Origin: Chara braunii
Taxonomy: Eukaryota > Plantae > Charophyceae
Length of the DNA: 64,000 nucleotides
Direction: 5' to 3'
Assembly: GCA_003427395.1 (NCBI GenBank)
Contig: BFEA01000029.1
Location: forward strand, 3,692,366-3,756,365
Every line of letters begins with the position of its first letter. Position 1 is the first letter of the stretch. Positions 35,436 to 47,240 of this stretch are shown in pieces. The notes beneath the pieces were generated by a model. It saw nothing but the letters and a program-made list of their open reading frames with translations, did not search any database and was not told where the DNA came from. Both the position numbers and the translations under genes were made by a program.

Positions 35436-36190
35436 NNNNNNNNNNNNNNNNNNNNNNNNNNNNNNNNNNNNNNNNNNNNNNNNNNNNNNNNNNNNNNNNN
35501 NNNNNNNNNNNNNNNNNNNNNNNNNNNNNNNNNNNNNNNNNNNNNNNNNNNNNNNNNNNNNNNNNNNNNNNNNNNNNNNNNNNNNNNNNNNNNNNNNNNN
35601 NNNNNNNNNNNNNNNNNNNNNNNNNNNNNNNNNNNNNNNNNNNNNNNNNNNNNNNNNNNNNNNNNNNNNNNNNNNNNNNNNNNNNNNNNNNNNNNNNNNN
35701 NNNNNNNNNNNNNNNNNNNNNNNNNNNNNNNNNNNNNNNNNNNNNNNNNNNNNNNNNNNNNNNNNNNNNNNNNNNNNNNNNNNNNNNNNNNNNNNNNNNN
35801 NNNNNNNNNNNNNNNNNNNNNNNNNNNNNNNNNNNNNNNNNNNNNNNNNNNNNNNNNNNNNNNNNNNNNNNNNNNNNNNNNNNNNNNNNNNNNNNNNNNN
35901 NNNNNNNNNNNNNNNNNNNNNNNNNNNNNNNNNNNNNNNNNNNNNNNNNNNNNNNNNNNNNNNNNNNNNNNNNNNNNNNNNNNNNNNNNNNNNNNNNNNN
36001 NNNNNNNNNNNNNNNNNNNNNNNNNNNNNNCTGTGCACAGTGCATCTGGCCAAGTTCTAGCGGAAAGCTCACTCTCATTTTGTACACTCGCTGTGCACAG
36101 TGCATCTGGCCAAGTTCTAGCGGAAAGATCATCCTCATTCTATGCAATCGCTGCGCATAGTGAATCTGGTCAAAGCTCTTGCGGAAAATT
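35347..36190. repeat. (GA)n, gap, then a 60-bp tandem repeat (at least 2.5 copies)
   Basis: CTGTGCACAGTGCATCTGGCCAAGTTCTAGCGGAAAG... at 36031 and 36091, with a diverged copy at 36151. Confidence 0.85.
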
Positions 36191-37479
36191 CATTTTTAAT
36201 TTTTTGGCTTGGTTGAACGATCGAGCAGCAGTATACAAGGGGCAACGAAAGTGGCAGTGCGTCTCTCCATGTTCTAGCGGAGGGATCGTCGTCCTTCCTA
36301 CATCGGGTGAGTGACCAGGGGGGGGGGACCCACACTGCACAAAAGAGGGAAGGGCGCATGATTGGAGATGAAAGGCAGCGAACAAATAGGCACGTATACA
36401 CAAACAGAACTGCGGGAAGAGTGTGAATGAATATGGCCGCTCCCTTGAGCCAGCTTCGTTCAGCCGCCACTTAGCCTCACGAGACAGATATGCCATGTCA
36501 TGGTGGAGTGTTGGTTCAAGCGCATATTAGGTGATCTGAAGCGGGGGAGGAACGCTATACTCATCATGATCGTATCTGGCCCAAATCGCGAAAAGAGACG
36601 TTCCCTTGATGGGCTTATGATTGATCAGGTTGATTAATGATGACTGGCCGCCTCGCTTTCACTGAGTGCGACACCGGACCATCTTTATGAAGGTTGGAAA
36701 CAAGGATATGTACGTTTATGCTGGGAGTGTGTTTTGTCCGTGTCCGAGTGTTGATGAGTATCTGACGACAGAAAGCACATTCGAGCCGCAAAAGAAACTG
36801 GTAAATTCTGGAACTGCCATTGATTTTGCTGCGAATTCTGAAAATGCCCCTCAACTTGCACCCGCCCCAATATTGCTCCCGTGAGTAAGTTTTTCTCCAG
36901 GCACTCAGCTGCAGGTGAGAAAACGAACCGCATGTGACTTCCCAACAAAGGAAGAGAGCGAGTGAGGGATGGTGACGGCCAAACTCGAGGTTTCAAGGGT
37001 GAGGCTTTGATAGAAGAACTACGCACCATTTTGGCACGGAAAGCGCGACAGATTCAAGCACTGACAGGCATGATTTCGAAGGGGAAAAAAGATATGAAAC
37101 TACCCATCACAGTGCACTAGATTCTAATGGACTCTGTAATCCTGATGCTCGGACTCCATCCTAGGAGGGTTGATGTTCGGGGAGAGTCAGGGTACTCTGG
37201 GGACATGCGACTGAAATATCAGGGAATTGGAATGAATCTGGGCGTGCCTCTGTCCAGATCCATTGGTCCAAAATTTATTCCAAAACAAAACAAAATAAAA
37301 TAAAATAAAGGTACAGATCATAGTGACCTTCGAGGGTCCGGAGCTGATTGTGAATTGGAGCAGTACTTGACTGCAGACTTAATTGTCACTTTTCTTTCAA
37401 TCCCTTTTAAGTTGAACATTGCTTGTCAACCACACCCGGCTCAAGACGATTGAACCAAGCCATTGCAACTCTGAGAAGG

Positions 37480-39360
37480 CTTGAGGATCCTGCTAAACAG
37501 ACTAAGTATAGAATCAAACACTCGGGTCTGTAGATCCCAACAGACGTTGAGACAGAATGATACGGACTCGACAGAGCCAGCAAAGGCTCAGCGAACAGCT
37601 ACTCGGCAGAACAGGAGACCCACGGACGCAAGGGATATCTGTACCAGCAAGTCCCGTACAGGCACATAAGGACACGGAAAGCCGCGTCCAGACTCAACGA
37701 ATAACTGTCAGACTCAGGCCACAGTTAAGACCAGACGCAGACTCTGAGCAGACCAGATGAGACCAGACTCTGGGCAAACCAGATGAGACCAGGCAAACCA
37801 TATGAAACCAGACTCAGGCCTGGCCGGATGAGGCCAGACTCAGACTAGAATCGGACCGGGTCAGATCAGACCGGATCAGATCACACCGGGCCAAGCTCAA
37901 CTCAAACTAGAATCGGACCGAATCAGATCAGACCGGATCAGATCACACCGGGCCAGGCTCAACTCACACTAGAATCGGACCGGATCATATCACACCGGGC
38001 TAGGCTCAACTCAGACTAGACTATACAGGATCAGACTATACCAGACCGGATTCAGACAAGACCGGACTTGACTCGGACAAAGCCAGTTCAGAACGGATAA
38101 CACATCAACTCAGACCAGTCCGATCCAGACACAGACGAGACCAGACTCAAGCTACAGATGAGAGCGGACTCATACCAGAACAGACTATCCCGGACCAGAC
38201 CAGAATCAGATCGGACCAGACTGGGACCGGACTCGGTTCAGACCAGGCCTGCTCAGACCAGCTCAGGCCAGATCAGACCAGACTGCGTCATAACAGACAG
38301 ACCACTGCTCAGACCAGCTAAGGCCAGATCAAACCAGACGAAGTGAGTTCAGTTTCATCTCAGAAAGTTCAGTTCAGATTCCAGTTTCCAATTGCGAACG
38401 AGTTCACTTCAGTTCAGTTCAGTTTTCAGTGTATTCAATAAACTTTGACCGAACTCAATGATTCCACTTTCATCTCAGAATGTTCAGTTCAGCTTGAGTG
38501 AGTTCGTTTCAGATTCTGTGAAAACAGTTCGGTCTCAGTCAGTTCATATCAGATTCAGTGAAAATCAGTCTGATCTCAGAAAGCTCGAATCAGTCTCAGT
38601 GAGATCAGTTCAGTTCCAGTGAGATCAGTTCAGTTCCAGTGAGATCAATTCAGTTCTTCAATTTCGGTAAGTTAGGATCCATTTTCAGAGTGAATTTCAA
38701 ATTTAGATTAGACGCAGTGAGTTCAATTTCATCTCAGAAAGTTCAGTTCAATTTCAGTAAGTTCACTTCAGACTCTGTGGAAACAGTTCAATCTCAGTTA
38801 ATTCATACTAGATTCAGTGAATCCAGTTTGATTTCAGTAAGCTCGAATCAGTCTCCGTGAACTCAGTTCAGTTCCGGTAAACTCAACCCAGCCTCTGTCG
38901 GCTCGGATCAACTTCAGTGGACTCAGTCTCTGTAAGTGAAGTGCAGCATCAGTGGACTCAGATCAGTTTCAGTGAATTCATTTCAGATTCAAAGAGATCA
39001 GATCAGTATCAGTGAGTTCATTTCAGATTCAAAGAGATAAGATCAGTATCAGTGAGTTCATTTTAGATTCAGAGAAATCAGATCAATCTCAGCAAGCTCA
39101 CTTTGGACTCTGTGAAGTCACCCTGGTTTTTCTTCAAGTTCAGTTCGATTTCAGTAAGTTCAGTGAGACCAGTTTCATTTTTTTTAAGTTCAATTCAGTT
39201 TTCAGCAAGTTCAGTTCAGATCTGATTTCAGTTATTTGAGTGCAGCCCTCAGGGAGAGCATCAACTCAGCTCTCAGTTTGGTCTCAGTGACCCCGATTCC
39301 AGTGAGTTCAATTCTCAGTCTCAATGAGTTCAGATTAAGTGGAACTTTATCGATGATTTC
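37480..39360. repeat. Pentamer-based low-complexity array: CAGAC-type then TTCAG-type, with a ~59-bp higher-order unit at 37843-38020
   Basis: Direct observation. ACTAGAATCGGACCG recurs near 37843, 37906 and 37968. Confidence 0.8.
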
Positions 39361-39397
39361 AGTTTGTTCTCAGAAGGTCCCATTTTCATGGGACATA

Positions 39398-39650
39398 ACG
39401 CTGGTCACAACGGGCAGTTCCGGTGACAACAGCGACAGAGCTGGCCACAGCGGGTGGTCCCGATGGTAGCAGCAGCGACGCTGGTCACAACGGGCAGTTC
39501 TTATGACAGCAGCGATAATGTTGGCCATAGCGGGAGATCCCGGTGGTAGCAGCAACGATGCTGTCACAGCAGGCAATCCCGGAGACAGCAGTGATAGCGC
39601 TGGTCATAGCAGACTCTCCTGGTGACAGTAGCAACAGTTATGTCACAGTA
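39398..39650. repeat. ~39-bp tandem repeat
   Basis: GCTGGTCACAACGGGCAGTTC..TGACA(A/G)CAGCGA alternates with GGCCA(C/T)AGCGGG.G.TCCCG.TGGTAGCAGCA. Confidence 0.75.
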
Positions 39651-39689
39651 AGTGCTCTTAGTGACATCAGTGCTCAGCAAGACTGATCA

Positions 39690-39972
39690 GATGATAAGTG
39701 AGCAGCTTCAAAATCAGCGAGCATATGAGTGCTGCAGACTCAAGGCAAAACTTATCGGGTATGACATACATATTGCGAAGAGCATAATCAAGATTCGAGT
39801 ACAGTCATTAGATACATACCGAGCAGACCTTCTCAAGATGTACTTTGACGTGGTGTCAGATGCTCTGAAAGATCGGGATTGACGTTGAAAGTGAGAGGGG
39901 AGAGTGAGAGCAGAGGCACTGAGCACTGACCATGTCCTTGTCATTGTACTCTTGAGATGATACGAGCTCTCA
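39690..39972 (+). mobile_element. Possible chromovirus 3' end: chromodomain-like remnant, PPT and very short TG...CA LTR-like piece
   Basis: RLKAKLIGYD..VQSLDTYRADLLKMY loosely resembles the chromodomain YLVKWxGY..L...ADLL. It is followed by GAGAGGGGAGAG and then TGAGAGC (39905-39911) ... GCTCTCA (39966-39972). Confidence 0.35.
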
Positions 39973-40898
39973 CTTTTCCCTCATTCATCTTGTCTTTGCC
40001 TTGAGTCGGTCAATTTTGATTATTTCTTCTTGCATTGCTTGATGATTGTGTTTTTTGCTGATCATGTCACAGTTCTCAACCTCTAAATTGGCAAACTTGG
40101 CACATACATGGCCTATTCAGTTTAATTTTAATTTATTACTTGCATCATCATTGCTGTTCCGAATCAAAATAAAAGATTCCTAAGACCGGGGACCGGCGAA
40201 GACCGTAATTGAAGGGTCTTGCTCGAAGCCAGATGCACACAACAGGAAGAGATTTGCATTATTTTATTTATTTTATTTATTGCAATCAACATCAAATCCT
40301 GCGTGACATCCTGTTGGCTTTCTGGTCGCCCGAAGTGCCCGACTGGAAAAAGTGCGACAACGTGCGCGCGACTGATCCGCTTCCTCCAATCCCGACCCTG
40401 ATCCCCCCCTTCCCCCCNNNNNNNNNNNNNNNNNNNNNNNNNNNNNNNNNNNNNNNNNNNNNNNNNNNNNNNNNNNNNNNNNNNNNNNNNNNNNNNNNNN
40501 NNNNNNNNNNNNNNNNNNNNNNNNNNNNNNNNNNNNNNNNNNNNNNNNNNNNNNNNNNNNNNNNNNNNNNNNNNNNNNNNNNNNNNNNNNNNNNNNNNNC
40601 CTTTCCCCCCGCCGATTCCCTCCCGGCTCCGCTCCACCCAATCCCACTCTGTTCCCCGCACCGCCCCTTTACCCCCCCGCTCCGTTCCGCCCTGCCCCGC
40701 GGGGGAGGCGGGGGTGGGGGTGCGGGGCCTGGCGGGGGTGCAAGGGGCGAGGCATCGGCGGGGGTGTTTTGCGGTGGGCGGGGGTCCGAGGGTCGAACCC
40801 CTACCCCGGCTTTGCCCCCGGGGACCCTCGCCTGACAACCCTGGTCTCAGCGAAAGTTGCGAGTTTGGAAGCATGAAATACAGGGGGTCATCCATGGT

Positions 40899-40957
<59 letters not shown>

Positions 40958-41189
40958 TAACCCGCTTACCTTGGCACTGGCAGGGGACCGCGATGGGTGT
41001 CAGTGGCGGGCAATGGTGGGCGTTGGCGGGATTCATCGGAGTTGCAATCGACAACAGTGACAACGGAGAGAGGCGTCGTGGGGAGGAGGAAACTGGGAGA
41101 CATGGGGGGGAAGAGTGTTCATGTGAGGGAGGGAACGGGGGTCAACAGTTCCCGCCCTCACCGATTTCAAAGCGTTGACCGTATTTCAG

Positions 41190-41620
41190 GAAATTTATAT
41201 CATTGTCACAAATGTATACTCTCATAATTACAAGTTAAAAAAAATAAACAAAGTGCGACATACGTGCACGGGGTGTATGTGTGTGCGTGTGTGTGTTAGG
41301 GGGAGTGAGGGGGGGCCTACTCCCCCACAGTCAATTAATTAATCAATAAATACAATAGTTCTATAAAACAAAGTGTGATGTGTGCATGGTCGGGGGCGTC
41401 GGGGGTCAGAAGGCGACTTACCTACAATCGAGGAAGTGAAATATATGTGAACATAGAGATCAAACTGTCCAATAGTAATGTGGTATAGTTTCAGTTTTAA
41501 TGGTCGATGGGTGCATATTAATTTTTGCACAATCGATGCGTTTAGAGACAAAGTAGGAGGCACCTACTACCTTTCCTACATGATACCTATTTTGGAAACG
41601 CTGACCTTATTTTAAAAAGT

Positions 41621-41713
<93 letters not shown>

Positions 41714-41761
41714 CANNNNNNNNNNNNNNNNNNNNNNNNNNNNNNNNNNNNNNNNNNNNNN

Positions 41762-41829
<68 letters not shown>

Positions 41830-42200
41830 CACTTAAATTGTATCATTGTTTTATGTCATTGTCCCAGATATATACACACATAAAAACTTGAAAAACAAAA
41901 TGCGGCTTATGTGCGTTGTGTGTGTGTGTGTCCGCTTAGGGGATTGGAGGTGCGACCTATCCACAGTCATTGAAAAAAAATGTATGTACATGAAGATTAC
42001 ACTAAAGAAATAGTAATCTGTTAATTTTATTTTACTATTGGTCGGTAGGTGCATATTAATTTTTGTACAATATATATGTCTAGCGTTAATGTAGTATGCA
42101 CCCACCGACATTCCCTATGGAACATATGTTTAGAAGCACTGACTTCATTTTGAAAGGTTTTGCTATTTGGATGTTTGTTTGTCACAAATATATAAACATA
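41190..42200. repeat. Diverged tandem duplication (two ~400-bp units) separated by a (GT)n tract
   Basis: Both units share CATTGTC.CA.AT.TATAC..., (TG)n TTAGGGG..CCACAGTCA and TGGTCG.T.GGTGCATATTAATTTTTG.ACAAT. Confidence 0.65.
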
Positions 42201-43528
42201 CATTAACATGCAAAATTAAATAAGTGTTTGATAGATTATCCGAAATGAAGGACTATTTTTCAATGGGTTCATACTAATATCGCCGCACTTGATGCGTCCA
42301 ACCTTCAATTTGTATATTCGTCCCGACTCTCTCTCACTAATATTATTTTTCAATGTCTTAAAGTAGTTTATATAGTGTATTAAAGATATGATATCAACGA
42401 GAAAGAAAAACGAGTAGCGGTGTTGACGCTGTTCATTTTCATTGATGTCTCATTTTGTTTTGCTATGAAATGTGCATGTTATTTTTGCAGGACGACGAGA
42501 CTGTAAAACAAGAAGTTGAATGGGGACCTTCTTAGGCATGCAAATGTTCTTGGTTCCGCCCCCAACAAGCCTCATACCCACCCTGGCTATGGACGTCGTG
42601 CGCCCACTGCCACTGCAGCCCCCTCACACCTCTTGCGCCCACGTGCGCCCCAGCCTGTCTGCTTAGCGCAGTGTTGCGCAATAAAGCAGCAGCGTGGCAA
42701 TGCCTGCTCAGGCCAAAATGTCGTGCCCCTGAGCTCACACTTTCTTATATGGAAAGCGCTCCCTACCGCTGGTCTGCCTGTGCCTGGTGTGGGGCCCAAT
42801 AGCTTCAAGTTGGCCCAAAGTGTGTGCGCCTCAAGCCTAGTTTCAAACACTGGTCCGGACTTTGTGCAGCTGGGCACGTTCAGAGAGCCCTCCAGGCTCC
42901 AAGTGTTTGCCGCATTTTTGTTGGCCCGTGGAGATGTGTGACGACAATGCTGCATTGTCATTGGTCCACTGCTACTACGTGTTGTGTCGGCCTCCCACTA
43001 TGTGTGCAGAGGGTGCAACCAACTAAGCCCCGATTTCAATTGTACAATGCAGTTGTTGCTTCTGAAATGAGCCACAAAAGGCTCACGTTGTTCTGTAACC
43101 TACTGGCGTTCGGCATTTTGATGGCATCACGTACATTGGTCTTCAGCTTCGATGCGATCTGGTTGCAAGAACGTAGGCAGACGTAGATAAGCTGAGTAGC
43201 GTAGGCTGAGCGTTGGGAAGAAATCAGTAGGAGTGAAAACTAATAATGTGTTGGTGAGGTCAGAGAGCGTTGATATTGACATACGAGTTCATTGTATTGC
43301 TGTGAGTTGGATGGTATCTTGGTGCATTGTGCTCTCTACTGGCATATAAGTATCTAGACTACTTCCCGATTCCACTCCCGATTATTTGGATGGTATCTTA
43401 TGTGGGCGGGTGTGTGGGTGGGTATGTTGTAGACTACAAACATATCGATAATTATTCATGACAACACAAAAACCTTCATGGTTTTTCATGTTCATAAATG
43501 AAAGTTTACAAAACCGAAGTTTTCATAG

Positions 43529-43529
<1 letters not shown>

Positions 43530-43595
<66 letters not shown>

Positions 43596-43641
43596 NNNNN
43601 NNNNNNNNNNNNNNNNNNNNNNNNNNNNNNNNNNNNNNNNN

Positions 43642-43720
<79 letters not shown>
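43530..43720. repeat. (GA)n microsatellite with gap
   Basis: Direct observation. Confidence 0.95.
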
Positions 43721-43722
<2 letters not shown>

Positions 43723-43725
43723 TGA

Positions 43726-44026
43726 TATAAATTCAATGTTGTTTTTCTAAGGTTGCACAACAAACAAAATGGTGGTCGGTAGGTTCCGTTTGTATTTTGT
43801 TTTTGTAAATATTGATTGTATTTGTTTTACTATGCACCTACCGACCACTTTCCATTTTCTTATTCAAAGACATCTCTATAAATTCAATGTTGTTTTCCTA
43901 AGATCGCACAACAAACAAAGTGGTGGTCAGTAGGTGCATACGAATTTGCCTTTGCAGATATTGATTGTCTTTGTTTTACTATTCATCTACCGACCACTTC
44001 CAATTTTCTTGTTCAAAGACATCTCA
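43726..44026. repeat. 150-bp tandem duplication, each unit containing a long-loop hairpin
   Basis: TATAAATTCAATGTTGTTTT...TTCAAAGACATCTC occurs twice. Arms GTGGTCGGTAGGT (43772-43784) and ACCTACCGACCAC (43836-43848). Confidence 0.85.
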
Positions 44027-44043
44027 TGTTTTTTTCGTGTAAG

Positions 44044-44166
44044 ATATATCAGCCTTCTGATGAGTAGGTGAAACTCCAACGAAATAGTGACCCCACTTTC
44101 GCCCCTACCCGTTTGTTGTCATTTTGCTCCTCTCTGCCTCTAACCCAGGACAACTCTGTTTGACTG

Positions 44167-44170
<4 letters not shown>
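44044..44170 (+). ncRNA. Hammerhead-ribozyme-like core (degenerate copy), possibly a Penelope-like pLTR fragment
   Basis: CTGATGA (44057-44063), stem II GTAGG/CCAAC with one mismatch, GAAA (44081-44084). Followed by (CA)n. Homologous to 47176-47240. Confidence 0.4.
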
Positions 44171-44240
<70 letters not shown>

Positions 44241-44759
44241 GACAAAGAAAGTAATAGACTGAGCCTAACATGCAAAAAAAAAAAACGTCGTTAAGGGTTA
44301 CCAAAAACAAAATTCGAGCTCGAAAAAATTCAGATACATGATATCAATGCGGAGTACATATCGAAGACAATTCATCCCACTCTTAAAATAATCCCTATAT
44401 AAAAAGTTCAACCGATTTTCAAGAGTTTTTTTTGCATAATTTTGCAACATCACCACCGACACTGGATTTCAACATGATTTCAACAGTTTATCAACATGTT
44501 TTCAACAGATAGGAGAGAAGATAAACAACGATGATATCCGATTTGATCATTGATTATAGATATAGGTTAACCCCCTTCATGATTATCAACATGAACATAA
44601 AGATGAACAGTTTATAAACTGATTAAAATATAATGTTATACACAAAGATCCCCGTTAAATTTTTGTGTTAACACACTTTTTTTTTTCTGTTGAAGTATGA
44701 GCGTCCACACACTCTCTACTCTGGTAATTCATTCAATCATTGTAAACCACATACACAGT

Positions 44760-44857
44760 CGCGCCTCGCGCGGGATACTGAAACTTTAAACCGAACCTAT
44801 TTTCTGTTGCTTGCAAAAACCAGGGCGGATACCCTTATAAGGGTATTCACACCTACA
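44760..44857 (+). repeat. LTR-end fragment homologous to 22790-22890
   Basis: CGCGCGGG..ACT..AA...AACCGA.CCT.TT..CTTGCAAAAACCAGGGCGGATACCCTTATAAGGGTATTC.C.CC.ACA. Confidence 0.7.
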
Positions 44858-44859
44858 GC

Positions 44860-45815
44860 GGTTGTAGAGGTAACGATTTCAACGGAGCGGGAAGCAGCGG
44901 TCATCTTAGTGGAAGCTTCGATGTTCGACCGATTCTCCCGGCCTAACCAGAGCAACGTAACGGTGATCCTCGTCTTCAGTGGTCATTTGTGCACTAGCCA
45001 CTTGCAGCAATGCAACGCGGTGATCACCAACCTCTACGAGTGGGGACAAGAGTGGGTGGCAGATTGGTGGCAGCCACTGGCCCGACTAGGCCAACAGGTG
45101 GTGGAAACCGAGTGCATCGATACCTTTTCTCTTCGAACTAGTAGCACTGATCCCCCAACTCATCCCCTTCCCCCTCTTTGTCCTTACCCTTTGCGCAAAT
45201 GAATTGCTTCTTGACCTTTTCCCTCCCTTCAGATCTTCCAACTCTCTGGCCGTTTTGGCCTGACCCCCTTCTAACCTGGAGATTCGCCCCACCCCGATCC
45301 CTCCCTTCCATCCTCTTTACCTTCGCAAGTGGGTTGAATTTGCGTCAGTCAGCGTGTGCATGCTAACAGTGAGGTCTTACTGGGCTTGGTACTACAACAA
45401 TCGGGAGTTAGATATCTACAACGAGATCTCGCTAGTACTATCGCAGGCGTGGCCTACAGAGACGGAGACTTGTGACACTTTATTTGGACTTCTTTGTGGG
45501 GAGATCGTTGAAGGTGGAAGAGCGACTGTTGTGTACGAGATTCTCACGTTTTTGTCTCAACTCATCAATGATCTGCCGACGAACATTATTTTCTTTAATT
45601 CGAGCGATCCTAGTCAAGCCGAACCTGTCACTTTGGAGAGGACGTTGACGCCAACAGTAATTTGGGCGAACTGCACAGAAGACTTATGTCAATACTTGAG
45701 TGATCACGATCCCACGGCTTGGCGTTGTCGCGGGAGGCGGTCCCACACCCAGATGCAAAGTACTTTAGTGTCGGACCTCACGGTCGCATCACGCAGGAGT
45801 CTTGAGTCACCTTAG
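44860..45815 (+). pseudogene. Fragmented ORF, probably a retrotransposon-associated accessory protein
   Basis: Protein-like pieces VADWWQPLARL and LVLSQAWPTE..DTLFGLLCG..EILTFLSQLINDLP..LERTLTPTVIWANCTE. From memory they resemble multicopy hypothetical ORFs of charophyte retroelements; this is not verified. Confidence 0.35.
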
Positions 45816-46335
45816 CGAAATACCACTCCGACCGTGCGTGCGTGCTATACCTCTCGCGAACCCCTACGACAGGTTAGAGATCCCGCAAGGTACAACTTAC
45901 CTCCACCTGCAGGAGCTGTCACCATCCCTTAGGTGGGCGTATCCCTGCTGAGCTACTGTCCCACGTGCGAAAGCTTTTACATGCAGTCGCAGAGGTAGGT
46001 CAGCCAAGGGCATTTTCTCGATCGCCGTAGCATAGGCACACGCGCGGTAGAACGCCTTAAGACTGACCCGTATATCGTGCCCCGAGGTGCTAACCTCCTT
46101 GGACCGACTATCTAATCAGGTCGACTTTCCGGACAGTCTTCCACGCTTAACTACCCATGATAGTGAGTGTACGTTCCTTGCTGACCATGTGAGACAATAC
46201 CAATGTCTGATACCCTTTTGTAATCTCCCACTCTCTCAACAGAATCGTAGACAATAAAACCTACGTAACTTTGGCCAGAGTATGCCTTGTTCATAGATAC
46301 GTATATATCTATATATCTATATTTATATATATATA

Positions 46336-46399
46336 CAGGGTTGCCGGCGTTCGGGATGGGCCGAACTCCCGAACCCAAACGCCCGAACGTTTGGGACCC
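46336..46399 (+). mobile_element. hAT-like terminus inserted in a (TA)n tract, continuing into a gap
   Basis: CAGGGTTGCC start, typical of hAT TIRs, followed by repeated CCGAAC/GTTCGG subterminal motifs. Confidence 0.55.
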
Positions 46400-47175
46400 N
46401 NNNNNNNNNNNNNNNNNNNNNNNNNNNNNNNNNNNNNNNNNNNNNNNNNNNNNNNNNNNNNNNNNNNNNNNNNNNNNNNNNNNNNNNNNNNNNNNNNNNN
46501 NNNNNNNNNNNNNNNNNNNNNNNNNNNNNNNNNNNNNNNNNNNNNNNNNNNNNNNNNNNNNNNNNNNNNNNNNNNNNNNNNNNNNNNNNNNNNNNNNNNN
46601 NNNNNNNNNNNNNNNNNNNNNNNNNNNNNNNNNNNNNNNNNNNNNNNNNNNNNNNNNNNNNNNNNNNNNNNNNNNNNNNNNNNNNNNNNNNNNNNNNNNN
46701 NNNNNNNNNNNNNNNNNNNNNNNNNNNNNNNNNNNNNNNNNNNNNNNNNNNNNNNNNNNNNNNNNNNNNNNNNNNNNNNNNNNNNNNNNNNNNNNNNNNN
46801 NNNNNNNNNNNNNNNNNNNNNNNNNNNNNNNNNNNNNNNNNNNNNNNNNNNNNNNNNNNNNNNNNNNNNNNNNNNNNNNNNNNNNNNNNNNNNNNNNNNN
46901 NNNNNNNNNNNNNNNNNNNNNNNNNNNNNNNNNNNNNNNNNNNNNNNNNNNNNNNNNNNNNNNNNNNNNNNNNNNNNNNNNNNNNNNNNNNNNNNNNNNN
47001 NNNNNNNNNNNNNNNNNNNNNNNNNNNNNNNNNNNNNNNNNNNNNNNNNNNNNNNNNNNNNNNNNNNNNNNNNNNNNNNNNNNNNNNNNNNNNNNNNNNN
47101 NNNNNNNNNNNNNNNNNNNNNNNNNNNNNNNNNNNNNNNNNNNNNNNNNNNNNNNNNNNNNNNNNNNNNNNNNNN

Positions 47176-47240
47176 AACAAACGAGGGGCTGTGACAAACT
47201 GTTTCGTCGGAGTGTCACCGACTCATCAGGAGGCTGATAT
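47176..47240 (-). ncRNA. Hammerhead-ribozyme-like core, possibly a Penelope-like pLTR fragment
   Basis: Minus strand: CTGATGA, GTCGG-TGACACT-CCGAC (perfect stem II), GAAA, CAGTTTG-TC (short stem III ending in a GUC triplet). A local stem I is not evident. Confidence 0.5.

Noticed and set aside
35241-36314. ORFs spanning N gaps (also near 15.5 kb, 20.1-21.0 kb, 40.2-40.9 kb, 46.1-47.2 kb and 54.6-55.1 kb)
   Set aside because: Artefacts of assembly gaps and dinucleotide repeats.
42490-43190. Possible exon (TTTTTGCAG acceptor) and ORFs 42516-43186
   Set aside because: No recognisable domain in any frame, stops are present and no partner exons were identified.
44285-44580. piggyBac-like TTAA-CCC / AGGGTTA ends
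   Set aside because: No matching TIR pair in the right orientation and no transposase evidence.
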